From assembly GCA_013265495.1 (NCBI GenBank), contig MU058153.1:372001-436000 (forward strand): 64,000 bases of DNA, given 5' to 3'. This document shows, piece by piece, positions 1 through 12,105 of the stretch; the stretch's first letter is position 1; each line of letters begins with the position of its first letter. This DNA is from Vicugna vicugna (taxonomy: Eukaryota). The translations under genes and the position numbers were made by a program. The notes beneath the pieces were generated by a model. It saw nothing but the letters and a program-made list of their open reading frames with translations, did not search any database and was not told the DNA's origin.

Positions 1-113
1 AAGGACTTAGTCAAAATAAGTGGTGATGCTTTGATGAAATGGTTGTACTTTGGTGTTTACACTTTGATGAATCCTCCTGAGAGCCTCCCCTGAAGGGACC
101 TTGTGCTTTCTAG

Positions 114-262
114 TCAGGCATCTCCCTGAAACAGATACCTTACATAAATTAGACATAAGTGGAACTTCAAGGATGGAGTTTAGTTCCACATCTAGTGCTG
201 GACCACTTGCCCCTCCACACAAGGATCTTCCACCAGTAGTTAAGCCCCGATGGTCAAGATGA
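114..262 (+). CDS. Candidate terminal coding exon, unrecognised peptide xRHLPETDTLHKLDISGTSRMEFSSTSSAGPLAPPHKDLPPVVKPRWSR*
   Basis: Acceptor ttgtgctttctAG (112-113); 48 open codons to TGA at 260-262; AATAAA at 569-574 followed by a U-rich tract. No homology recognised. Confidence 0.22.
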
Positions 263-2949
263 ACTGACCCTTCCACAGGAAGGGGAGGTTCCTGTTCTGT
301 TTATTTCTGTCTGACTGGAATGCTCAGTTTCTGAAAGAAGAGGATAAATATTAGAAAATTCAGTAAGAAAGAATCTCATTGAACAGACATTGTCAGATCA
401 TTCTGTTCCCAGTTTTGTTTTGCAGAATGGAGTCCTTTGCTATGGTTAGAATTAATTATTATGTAATGTAGATGTTTATGTCCATGGCTTATAGATTTGT
501 TTATTGCCAGGCTTAATTTGGAGGTCTTAGTGCTTGCTTTTTGGCAATAGATACACTGTGCTTTACACAATAAAAGATATTTTCTCTTTCCTACAGCTAA
601 AATAGTGACTGGGAAGGTACGGTGTAGATGGTGGCCTTCTCACAGCACTTTCTGGTGGGGCTAGGATGTCAGAATGCCTTGACTGCAGGAACTGTCTCTC
701 TGTTGGAGACTGTGTGCTTAGCCATGATAGTCTAATCATTTAGAAATCAAGAGGAAGCTGACTCAGAAATGTTGTCCCCTAGGTAGTTAAAAAAAACTGG
801 ACAATAAGGCTTATTATATAATCTGAAGGGATTTATTTATGATTTACAGTAGAGAAGTGAATAGTAAGTGGGGGAAAATACTTTCAATGTGTTTTATGAC
901 TGACAGGTAAGTCTAAGAATTAAGTTACTCCCATTACTTGAAACTACTAGAATGTGCTGGGTACAGTGACTAGGTAGAGCAGAGCTAAATGCATCAGCTG
1001 TGTTGTGGCTGCTCATTTCCTACGTACAGCCTGAGTGAGAGGTTTTCAAGTACATCAACCTTTATTACATCTCCTAAAATCCTCAGAAGTACAAGAGACT
1101 AATTGTTGTCGACCACTGTGACGATTACCAAACATGGCAGAGAATTTTCTTCAGAAACATGGAACAGAAAGTAGAGACAAGGCATTCCCTACACACTGAG
1201 TAAAAAGATATTTTTATACATGCATTTCCTTAATCTTGCAGATGGCCACTTGGGCCCATGCCAGATTCAGAGAGCTAGACAGGACCATGCGGTCCAGCTA
1301 AGCAGGTCACTTTCATTGAGCCTCAGCTTTCTGCCTGGTTCTAAGTCAGATGCCAGGGATTCCGTTACCGGAGTAAAGCAGGGATCTTGATCTCCAGGAG
1401 ACTCTAGCCTGGGGTGGTGCCAGGACCTGTAGTACAGTGTGTACCTTGGTCTTAGCTACCTTCTCAAAGTGGTAAACACACAAGGAATGTATTTTAAGCC
1501 ACTTGTGAGTATTCAGTATACATATTTACAGAAATATCTTCAAATGGGCAGCTATCAATAGATAAGATCATGCTATAATACGAATCATAAAAAGAGTATT
1601 TGGTACATTTTAGAATATCTGTTGTATTTTTTACATTTATTCTAGTCAATACTTTCAAGTAGATACAGTGATGATCCACTTTGAGAAAAGATAAACAGTA
1701 AGAAAGTTTTGCCTGAGCATACTTTATTATTTGATCGCATTTTCTTGATTACAAAATACAAGCTATGCCCATAGTTTCTGATTGTTAAATGGTAGATAAC
1801 AGTCTTCATTAATTCTTTTACAAAGTAACCCTCATAATATTAGAAATTTCAGACTAATATCTCTTTCTATTTTTCCTACAACTTTAAAAATTCAGTATAG
1901 AGTGTTATATCTGTCAAACTGGGTCTTTGGGGGGAATGTCATCTTTATTTTATCACATACGATTCATATGTTTCATCTTCATGGAACCCCTTGGGTATCT
2001 ACCTTATAAAGATTATGGCACTATCAAAACATCTATATTTCACATATCCTGTGAGTTTAAGATTGAGCTTCTGAAGTATAATGTCCAGAGCAGATGTCAA
2101 AGGCCTAACCTCAATTTCATATAATGGAATGACTGTCAATGGGTTTTGTGAGGGGAGGGGAATCTGTCACTATTTTGGTGATGTTGTGATTTCAGAGGAA
2201 TCTTTTCCTCTCCTTCTGTAACATTTTGTCGTTCAGTGTCTCTCCCTGGAGCTGTATGTAAGAATCTTGCCTCAGAGCTCTTTTTGTTGTCTCATGCTCA
2301 GCAATGCTTAATGAACTGACGTGCAAAGAAGAGGTTAAATAATTTAACTCTGTAAGATGAGTGTTCACATGGGAGTCTTATAACACTTAAAATAAGTCTT
2401 CTAAAAGATTTTTACTGATGTGAGTTTTGGAGCTTTGCATATGAGTTTGAGACTTGGAAATGAAGCAGTAAGAAATCATTTATGAAGTGTTACTGAGTTA
2501 CTAAGGGAATAACCATAGGTTTGGCCATTTATGAGATTAGTAAGTAAAGCCCTATTCCAGATCGGCCTCCAAAAGTGGCCCTTCAGATATAGGTTAGTAA
2601 CACTTACCACATGAAAAAGCTATCTCCCTTTATATTCTTGCTGTCTTACAAACTATTACCAATACACAATAAAGTTCTTTAAGGCATTTTGGGAAAAAAA
2701 CTATATAGGTAATTCATAAACAAGTTCATCATTCGGTTTCTGAAATGGTTCGGGAAAAAAGTTTATGTAGCAAAAGTTATTTTAATATAATTAGAAAAAT
2801 GTGTAATTCATAAGTGTTGAGATCCAAAGAGACAAATCTGACATTTCTGGGAAAGCAAATTGGATAGATTTTTCATGTAACAGATGTAACAGATACATGG
2901 AGTCATTCGTAATGTGTTGAATTCTATCATCTTTTCATTCATTTTTTAT

Positions 2950-3065
2950 TTCATTCATTTGTTCAACAAGTACCGTGTACTTGAGAACTGTGCTAAGTTC
3001 TGGACTATCTGTGAGCCATAAGCCAATACCAACACGGTCCCTGGCTTCATATATCTTCTAACTAG
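2950..3065 (-). mobile_element. L2 LINE 3' fragment
   Basis: ttcattcatttgttcaacaagtaccgtgtac...tgtgctaag matches the reverse complement of the L2 3' end. Confidence 0.65.
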
Positions 3066-3304
3066 AACTGTAAGTCTCCACCAAAAACTCAAGAGAGAAA
3101 GTCGAATATATGATCTTCGCTGCATAGAAGGGAAAGTGAATATAATAATGATGAGGTGATGCAACGTTAGCAGGACAAAAGAGACAGTGTGAGAGTATAC
3201 TGTAGGGCACTTTCTCAGTTTGGAGATTTCACAGAAGGCTCTCGAGAAGAGGTGATCTGTACCTTAAAAAAATCTTGAGAGACTATTCCATACACTCACC
3301 TTTT

Positions 3305-3560
3305 CATTAATTTAATAAGCATCAGGTGCTGTATTCAAACTATTGTGCTCATCACAGGAGAACCTAGGAAGGAATGAGGCAAAAGCATGTAACCTGAGGA
3401 GTTTCATGGTCTAATATGCCTAGTTTATGGAGAGTCAGGAGAGGAAAGTAAATTACGATAGAAGTACCAGGGGACTCACAGAGAAAGGAGCATCACTATC
3501 AAGGGAATTGGAATGGTTGGGAGGATTTACAAAGAAAGGGTCCTACATTCAAGTCTTAAA
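3305..3560 (-). mobile_element. Degraded L2 fragment
   Basis: tttaataagcatcaggtgctgtattcaaactattgtgctc...gaggagtttcatggtctaa resembles L2 antisense. Confidence 0.45.
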
Positions 3561-5590
3561 ATAAAAAGAAAACAGAGACTTACCATTATGGAAATACAGA
3601 AAGGTAAAGTAAATGTCTTTTTCCATATTTATCCCACTAAGTACTACTGAAAACCCTGGAAATTATATATAAAATGAACAAAATAATATACTAAAAGGTG
3701 GAGAAAGGAAGGAAGACAGGTTAGGGGCCACAGGCTCCAAGAAATGACATGGTATGAAATCATTTAGTTTTCGTTCTAGCTCATATATTCCAGACTTAAA
3801 GATGTAGAAGCTGGAAATCCAGAAATGCCAATGGATGCCTACAAATTAAAAAAAGAAAAAAAAGAAAAATGCAACAAATATGCTAATAATACCCAAATCA
3901 CCTAGACAATAAGTGCTGTTTTCTAGCCAAACACCATAGAAAACTGCAGTCTGCCCTCCACTCGCATCAGCAAAGTTTGAGAGGAAAATCAAGAGTTCCC
4001 CCCTCACCAGGTTGTAATAAAGTGTGCCAATCCCTGCCCCCCAACCAAGGAGTTGTCAGAGAAGAATGAGTAGAGAGCCAAGAAATCCTATTCTCCCTAC
4101 TGGATGGTGTCAAAAGAGGGCTGATGTGGATTCAGGACTTTGACCACTGTCCAGCAGTAATTAAGTCCCCTCCACTGTGACAGTGAAGACTACAGGGACA
4201 GCAGTAATGAGGCACACATGCCCCTTGCAAGCTCTCTCCCCTACACAGAAATCTGATGGGGAGCCAACTCCACCGAGCAGTAAGGAGGAGCTACCGTTCA
4301 AGTATCAACAGAAGGTGAGTAGGGACCTTGAATTCTATCTCCACTTGGCTGTGACTCTTCCTTCCTCTGCCAGAGTAATGATAGAAGAAGCCAGGATACC
4401 GTTTCAGGGAGTATGCAAAGTAGGCAGGCTTTAAGTGGCTGAAAATCTGCTTATTTGGGCTCTATTTTAAACAACTGAATATGTAAAAATTTAAGTTTGG
4501 TGCTGGCTTTTAAGCACACAGAACCAAGCCTGCTGTGAAGAAGTAAACAACACAGGGTCAACTTACAGGAGTGATTTTTAAGCCATTTATATGATAAAAT
4601 GGACCAATGAGCCATAACAAATATGCTTGATTGAAGCAAATAACAACTAGAAAGTCTCAGCAAAGAAATAGAAAATATAAAGAAGAATGAAATGGAAAGT
4701 TGAGATTTGAAAAATAATCAATAAATGCATTAATAACTTGATGGATGGAGATGAGAACAGAATGGATGGGACAAGGAAAAAAATTCAGTGAACTTGAAGA
4801 GAAAACAATAGAAATCTGCCACCTAAAAATCAGACAGAAAATCAATAGGGGGAAAAAAAAAGAATAGACTGTCAGGAACCTGTAGGACTACAACAAAAAT
4901 CTAACGTTCAAGTCACTGGAATTCTGGAAGGCGATAAGAAAGAGAGTAAGGCTGAAAAATAACTTGAAATAATGGCTAGAAATTTCCTCAAACAAGGAAG
5001 CAAAAGACACAAACCTAAAGAGCCAAGAAGCAAAGCATACTGCAAAGAGGGAATGCGCCCCCTCCCAAAAATCATACTAAGACACAACATAGATCAAGTT
5101 CTGACCACTAAAACAAAGGAAAAAAAATCTTGAAAACAATAGGAGAAAAATATCTTACTTGCAGGAAAAAAACCAAAAAAGTATTTGAATGAAAACAGAC
5201 TTCTCACCAAGAACCATGGAGCCGAAAGAAAGCAGCATAATATTTTCAAGCGCCTACTGAAAAGAGCTGCAATCTGGAATTCTGCATCTAGGCAAAATAT
5301 CCCTCAGGAATGCAGAGGAAATTAAGACATTTTCAGATGAAGAAAAACTAAGGGAATTTATCAGGAGCAGGCCTAAACTAAAGAGTAACTGAAGAAAAGT
5401 TTCTAAACAGGAAAAATAAAAATATATAAAAGAAGGAAGCTTGGGACATCAAAAAGGAAGGAAGAATAGCCAAAAGAGTGAAAATACGAGTAAGTACATA
5501 CATCTTCCTTGAGTTCTTTAAGCAAAAATTGTAACACTCTTTTGTGGTTCTCAGTGTATGTCGAGGAAATATTTAAGAAAATTATATCTT

Positions 5591-5600
5591 TATCTCTATC

Positions 5601-5637
<37 letters not shown>

Positions 5638-5638
5638 A
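5591..5638 (+). repeat. (TATC)n microsatellite
   Basis: tatctctatctctatctatctatc...tatctata. Confidence 0.97.
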
Positions 5639-6054
5639 AACAGGTGCTCAAAAACACTATAGAAAACCAATATGAAGTTCTAAAAAATTCTCATTGTGTT
5701 CTCTGACCACAAAGGAATTAAACTTGAAATCAATAACATAAAATAACAAAAATGTTCAATAGTTAGAAGCTAAACAATGCACTTCTAAATACTCCATGGG
5801 TCAATACAGAAAGTGTCAAGAAATAATTTTTTAAAATACATTAAAATAAATACAAATGAAGGTACAACACACCAAAATTTGTGGAGCACAGCGAATCAGT
5901 GAAGAGAAGGAAATACACAGCTCTAGATGCTTACATTAAAAAAGAGAAAAAGACTCAAATCAGTAATCTAAGCTTCCATTTCCAGAACCTAGAAAAAGAA
6001 GACACAAAGCAAGCAGAAAGAAAGAAATAATAAGAGTATAAATGAAGTAACTGT

Positions 6055-6395
6055 AAAATTCCAACACAGGCTAAATATTGATGAATCTTGAAGACATTAT
6101 GCTAAGTGAAAGATGCCAGTCCAAAAAGGGATAACTATTTCATGTTTCCAGTTACACGAGATACGTAGAGTATAGATGAAATGGAAAGTAATATGATGGT
6201 TGCCAGAAGCTGGGGAAGGGAAAATGGGGAGTTATTGTTTAATCACTATTGAGTTTTAATTTGAGAAGAGGAAAAAGTTCTGGAAATAGATGATGGTGAT
6301 GTTACTGTATTTAATGTTACTGGACTATAATTAAAAATGGTTAAAATGGAAAATTTTATGTATATTTTACCACAGTTTTTTTTAATCTACAAAAA
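6055..6395 (+). mobile_element. L1MB-like 3' fragment nested in the L1MC ORF2
   Basis: gatgaatcttgaagacattatgctaagtgaaagatgccagtc...tggttgccagaagctgggg...atggttaaaatggaaaattttatgtatattttaccac is a typical L1MB 3' end; host ORF2 resumes at about 6396. Confidence 0.8.
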
Positions 6396-7860
6396 AAATC
6401 AAGGAAGTTAAACAAAAAACAGTACAGAAAGTCAATGAAGCAAAATGCTGGTTTACTGGAAAAAAAATGAATTAAATGGAAAGACTAACAGGAAAAATAA
6501 ACAGTTGAAAATATAAATTACCAATATCAGGAATGAAACAAAATACATCAGTATAGACCCTGCAAGCATCAAAAAATTATGGGGGAAAACTATGAACAAC
6601 TCTATGCACAAAAATTGACAAGTTAACATGAAACGGGACAATTTATTGAAAGGTACAAACTACCACAACTCACTTAATATGAAGTAGGTGATTCTAAAAG
6701 CCTTACAACTATTACAGAAACTATGTTTGTAATTTTAAAAAAAATGCCATAAAAGTAATGTCTAAGCCTTGATGATTCCACTGGAGAGTTGTTTAAAACT
6801 TTAAAAGCATTAACACTGATTCTACACAATATATTTCACAAAAAAATCAGGAAGGAAGAAATATTTCCCATTTCATTGTATAAAATCATTAATACTAAAT
6901 CAGGGCCAAAAAGTGCAAGAAAGAAAAGCTAGAGCCTTACTATCATTGCAAATATAGTTGAAAAAAATTCTAACAAAATATTTGCAGTGAATTTATCAAT
7001 GGAAAAAGAATTATGCACCTCGGACAAGTGGAGTTTATTACAGCGATTCAAGGCTGGCTCAGTATTGAAAAATCAATTAATGTAGTCCATCATATTAGTA
7101 GGCTAAAGAAGGAGGATCACACAATTGTATCATTCAGTGCAGAAACAATATTTAACAAAATTCAGCACTCATTCATGATAAAAACTCTCAGAAAAATGGA
7201 ATAGAGGAGAACTTCAACTTGTTAAAAAACCACCTTAAAACCCTGAAATTATGCCACAATAAAGTTGTTAAAAAAAAAAAAGAACTATAGTTAACATGAT
7301 AGTAAACATAATACTTAATGACAAAAGATGGGATTCTTTCCCCTAATATTAGAAATGAGGCAAAGATGTCTGATTTCACTGCTCTTGTTCAACATAGGGC
7401 TGGAAGTTCTGGTCAGTGCAATGAGGCAAAAGGAAATCAAAGTAAAAACTGAGTTTAGCAAGATCATAGAATACAAGATGAACATACAGAAAGAAAATGT
7501 ATTTCTGTATACTAGCAATGAGCACATGAACACCCAAGTTAAAAACCCATGCCATTTACAATCAGTGACAAAAATGAAAAACATAGTTATAAACATAAGA
7601 AAACATGCACAGAGTTTTCATGCTGCAATGCTGATGAAAGGAATTGAGAAGATCTAAATAAATGGAGAGACATACCACATTCATGGGTTGGAAGACTCAA
7701 CATAGAAAACATGTTGTTTTCCCCAAATTAATATATGGGTTTAACACAATTCTTACCAAAATCCCAGCAAGGTACTTTGTAGATGTAGACTAGATTACTG
7801 TAAAGTTTATATGAAAAGGCAAAGAGACTAGAATAATGAGGACGATTTTGAAAAAGGGTT

Positions 7861-9458
7861 CTGTGTTGCCTCTTAATAGCAGTAACCACTTCACTCCTTT
7901 CTTCCTTATAAGGCAACCCCTCTCATCTGTTTCCCATTTCTACAATTTTGTCATTTCAAGAATGTTATGATTGGTATCATACAGTGTGTAACCTTGGAAT
8001 TAGCTCCCCCCCCCCAGTAATTTTGAGACTCATACAAGTTGTTACGTGTACTGAGAGTTTGTCCCTATACATCGCTGAGTGTATATTACTCTGGTGTGGA
8101 TTACCACAGGTCATTGAGTTCTTTCCCCTAAAGACTTCTGAATTGTTTCCAGTTTGGGGCTATTATGAATAAAGAAGCTATGAACATTTATGTGTAGGTT
8201 TTTGTGAAATATAAGGTTTCATGTCTCTGAAATATATGCTCATGTGTGTTAACTGTTGGAACTTATGCCAGTTGCATGTTGAGTTTTTACAGAAACTGCC
8301 AGTTGCCTTGCATACTGTCTGAATGTGTCCTCTTCAAATTTGTATGTTGAAACCCTAATCTTCAAAGTGACTGTGTTTGGAGGAAAAGACTATGAAGAGG
8401 TGATAAAGGGTAGATGAAGTCATAAGAGTGGAGCCCTAATCCTATAAAGCAGGTGTTCTTAAAAGAAGAGGAAGAGACACAAGAGCTCTCTCTCCACTGT
8501 GTGGACACACTGAAGTGGTGGCTATCTGCAAGCCAACAAAAGAGCTCTCACCAGAAACGGAGTCAGTCAGTACCTTGATCTGCACCTCCCAGCCTCCAGA
8601 ATTATGAGAAATAAATTTCTGTTCTTTAAACTATCCAGTCTATGATGGCATTCTGTTATGGCAGCCCAAGCTGACTAATACCATTGCTGATGGGATGTTA
8701 CAATTTTACATTCCCATCAGCTGTGTATCGGTACCAGTTTCTTTGCATTCTCACTAGCATTTGGTGTTGTATTTTTTTTTAAACTTTAGCCATGCTGATA
8801 CGTGTTTGATAATACCTGTTGGGATTTTAATTTGCATTTCCCTAATAGCTGATGATGTTGAGCATTTTTTTCATGTAATTTGTGCCATCTCTACGTTCTC
8901 TGGTGAGTTGGTGACTTGTATGTCTGTGTCTTTTGCGCATTTTCTGATGGGATTATTTGCTATTTTTTACTCTTAAGTTTTGAGAATTCTTTATGTGTTT
9001 TATATTCCAGCTTTTTGTTAGATATGCAGTTTTCAACTATTTTCTCTGTGGCTACAACTTTTCTTCTCATCTTTCATAGGAGTAGGTCACAAAGCAAAGG
9101 TTTTAATTTTGATCACCCAACTTATCATTTTTTTTCTTTTATGAATTATAGTTTTGGTGTCAAGTCTAAACTATTTTTTTGCTTGGCCCTAGATCCAGAT
9201 TTTTTTCAGTTTTTTCCAGAAACTTTTAGAATTTTGCACTTTACACTAAATACACTTTCCATTTTGACTAAATTTTTGTAAGTATGATATTTAAGTTGGG
9301 TTTTTTGGTTATTGTTGTTGTTTGAAGGAAATATTTTGGCAATGAGTGCTAATTTCTCCTTGATCATTTGTTGAAAAGGCTATTATTCCTCTATCGAATT
9401 GGTTTTGCACTTTTGTCAAAAATTAGTTAAGCATACTTGAATAGGTAGATTTTTGACT
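7861..9458 (-). mobile_element. Inverted segment of the same L1MC (ORF2 C-terminal region to mid-3'UTR), interrupted by MLT1A
   Basis: The reverse complement of 9360-9440 resembles the ORF2 QLIFDK...SLFNKW region. 7861-7980 aligns by eye with the 3'UTRs of the L1MC copies at 21150-21260 and 56240-56350. Confidence 0.88.
8307..8682 (+). mobile_element. MLT1A-like solo LTR (ERVL-MaLR)
   Basis: ctgaatgtgtcc...gtatgttgaaaccctaatc...cagcctccagaattatgagaaataaatttctgtt...gcagcccaagctgactaatac; near-TSD gttgc/attgc. Confidence 0.9.
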
Positions 9459-9460
9459 TT

Positions 9461-9495
9461 GATATACAATTATATCGAAAGAAAAAGGTTAACTT
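9461..9495 (+). mobile_element. Extreme 3' terminus of the L1MC, in original (+) orientation
   Basis: gatatacaattatatcgaaagaaaaaggttaac resembles gaatctgcaattatctcaaaatgaaaagtttaat, the reverse-complemented terminus of the L1MC copy at about 56050-56085. Confidence 0.6.
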
Positions 9496-10201
9496 TAACA
9501 AGTTAAAGAAAAAGATAAGAAAAACATGTCTAGCAAGAGTGAATCCAGGTTTATATTGGGAGAATGTGGCATGGCCTCTTCTCTGAAATAACGTACCATC
9601 TAGCAGTGGACACAGAGTGGCAGAACTAGAAGATTCTCACTTTGATAGCTAAGTCAGTTTTATTTAGAAAATAGAAGTCTGAAAATTAGAATAAAAGTAA
9701 AGTGTTCTGGCATTATCTTGGTAGCCTTCAAAATGATTTTTAGAATGATTGAATATTAGTAAAACTTGCTATGCTAAAATCAATGCTTAGTCCTCTTTGT
9801 TTATTATATAAAGCTATACAAAGTACATAACACTTTGAGATCATTTTGTATCTTTCTGAACCATGAGCTAGAGTCTGAACCAGTTATCTAATCTTATACT
9901 ATCAGTTAAATTAATAGTGCATAAAAAGGATGTACTAATTTATTTACACTAAATAGTGAGAAACAAAGATTTTGACTGATGACTGTTTAAAATGTGCTTT
10001 TAAGTACATTTTCTGGCTTTAAGAAGTCCCAAATAAAAATAATGGCGTTGGCTTTGTCTATATCTAAGCAAAAGCATCAGTCCACCCTTAATGGGCTGAG
10101 TTTGCAATCCCAAAATTAGTCTTCCTAAGCTTCATGGTTCCCTACTTCACAGTAAAGCTGGCCAGTGAGGTACCTTTGGTCAAGGTGCAGAGATTCAGCC
10201 A

Positions 10202-10415
10202 TCAAAACTGTGCTGACAATTCTAACACGGAATAGAGTTCAGTATAACCAGCCCATTGCTCTTCAGAATTTGCAATGCTAGCAGGAGCACAGTGTATCTT
10301 GCAGGTAAAGTCAGCAATTGTAGCACTAAACTGCACTTTGGAACGAATAGGAGAGTGGCACTTTTGAGACCGTAACTGCTGATATAACTTTCTGCTTTCT
10401 AAGCGTAGGTCAAGT
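10202..10415 (-). CDS. Candidate exon, unrecognised peptide LDLRLESRKLYQQLRSQKCHSPIRSK...LELSAQF*
   Basis: Minus-strand acceptor tttctcctaatatttccctctggttttgattctcAG; only the phase-2 frame is open (70 codons to TGA). Confidence 0.2.
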
Positions 10416-10825
10416 CTGAGAATCAAAACCAGAGGGAAATATTAGGAGAAACATCCATAGTCTCATGCTTATCTGACAATGAACTTTAAATTAAATCTCA
10501 CTTTATCTATGAAAGAGGAATCTGCATATAACATTTATATATAATTATACATAGCATATGTGATCTATTATCTACAAACATACATATATAAAATATCTAA
10601 GCTTTTAATATGTAAGGGATATGCTTTGCTCATACTTCCATGCCCAATTATACTCATAATAAAGTAGAGTTTAAGAAAGTAGTGGTAGAATCATTATTTT
10701 CATGGAATTTTGTGGTATGTAAAATTAAGTGAACTGAATGGTTATTTGCTGTGGGGAACACATAATACATATTATCAGAATGCCTGAGAGTGATTTGTGG
10801 ATCTTCCTCCTAATATATATTACAT

Positions 10826-10981
10826 TCATACTGTAGTCCTTGGGCCAGTAGCCTCAATATATTTAAAGTGCATTAGAAATGCATATTCTAAGACCCAATC
10901 TCAGACCTACTGAATCAGAATCTGAATATTAACAAGATCTGCAGGTGGTTTTTTGTACATTAAGTTTAGAAGCACTGCTCT
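10826..10981. mobile_element. MER5A-like hAT-Charlie MITE
   Basis: ttagaaatgcatattctaagacccaatctcagacctactgaatcagaatct...ttaacaagatctgcaggtg...agtttagaagcactgctct. Confidence 0.85.
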
Positions 10982-11409
10982 GAGTTGCATATTGTTGATC
11001 CTTATACTGGGGAGAGTGTCTTTATTGCAGGATACCTGTAAGTGACAATATAGTGAAATAGGAGAAAGTGCCTTTTTAAGGAGGGAAAAATGCGGGATTG
11101 AAATAAGCGATGGAAAGTCTTTATAGGTAATAATAGATAGTCAGTAAATACTAGTTGACTTAAAGTACACCCTCTTCCCTAGTGCTTTCCTGTCCTGTTC
11201 TCATTTTCCCTTTCTGTATGGATATAATTGAAAATTCTTCAAATTGCAGATGCCTTCTGCCCTCTGGACCACCTGTCTATTATGGTAGGATGCCCCACCC
11301 TTGTCATTTACACCTGCCATTTTCAAGTTGTTTATGAGACATGTACAGCCTCATTTGCTTTGGGCACAGCACCTCTTCCATTTGGTAAAGACTCATGGAA
11401 GATACTCAT

Positions 11410-11830
11410 TGTTTCTTGTCCCCCCAAATTCTCCCTTGTCTTCTTCCTTAAAACAGTAACCTGATTTTTTTTTCTCAGAAGAGGTGGGCTAGGTTATTGA
11501 TCTAAAGATAGACACAGAGCCATTCTAACAAATGAGACACTATAGCTGTCTAGTGGGGACGTCCCTTAGGAAAGACTTTTCCTCAAGAAGGTGAGAAAGA
11601 GGTGGCACTCCCTGCATTTTGAAGGGTTCCTTGCTTCCTGTCTTTGAATACAGTATGAGGATGAAAGGTTCAGATGATACTGCTGCAATCATGAGAGGAA
11701 CTTTGTTGAGTTAATAAACCTTTACAAGCAATTGTCAACCTCCCAATGTTTTGTTAGATGAGAAGAAATCCCCATTTTTAAAGCCTTCTTAGGTTTTATG
11801 CTCTTTGGAGTCAAACCACCTGTTGATTAA
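11410..11830 (+). mobile_element. Old MLT1 (K/L-like) LTR
   Basis: attctcccttgtcttcttccttaaaacagtaacctgattttt...gagccattctaacaaatgagacac...cttcctgtctttgaatacagtatgaggatg. Confidence 0.5.
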
Positions 11831-11984
11831 TGATGAAGTGTGATTATACAGTCATTTTACTATTTCCCTACAACCTCCCATGACTCTTGTGATATTTTCC
11901 ATTTTAGAATTCTCCAGATAGAGATTTCCTGATGGGCTCTAACTGACCATACATTTTAAAATTTAATTAAACAAATGTTTACTA

Positions 11985-12105
11985 TCTCACTTCTGTGTTA
12001 AACTGTGAGTTGGACAAGGATAATGTTTTATTTATCTCTGCATGTCTGCTATTTTGATGAAACATACAGTAAATACTCAGTAAATTCTTCTTGAATGAAT
12101 TATCT
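11985..12105 (+). mobile_element. L2 3' fragment
   Basis: aaactgtgagttggacaaggataatgttttatttatctctg...cagtaaatactcagtaaattcttcttgaatgaat. Confidence 0.55.

Larger units (their letters stand above)
3575..7860 (+). mobile_element. Ancient L1MC-like LINE-1: 5'UTR, ORF1 remnant, partial ORF2 (EN C-terminus and RT), dead
   Basis: FSDHKGIKLEINN at 5699-5737 (EN SDH motif). ORF 7013-7204 QVEFITAIQGWLSIEKSINVVHHISRLKK...KIQHSFMIKTL and ORF 7328 FPL...LLFNIGLEVL...RQKEIK match L1 ORF2 RT. The A-rich ORF1-like sequence is at about 4600-5440. Many stops and deletions, including loss of the FADD motif. Confidence 0.92.

Noticed and set aside
8761-9281. 71-aa and 121-aa hydrophobic ORFs that look like membrane proteins
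   Set aside because: Antisense of A-rich L1 ORF2 yields Phe/Leu-rich pseudo-TM segments
7850-9470. Twin-priming 5' inversion as the explanation for the L1 orientation switch
   Set aside because: The geometry does not fit: the 5' part is collinear with the terminal tail and the internal 3' part is inverted
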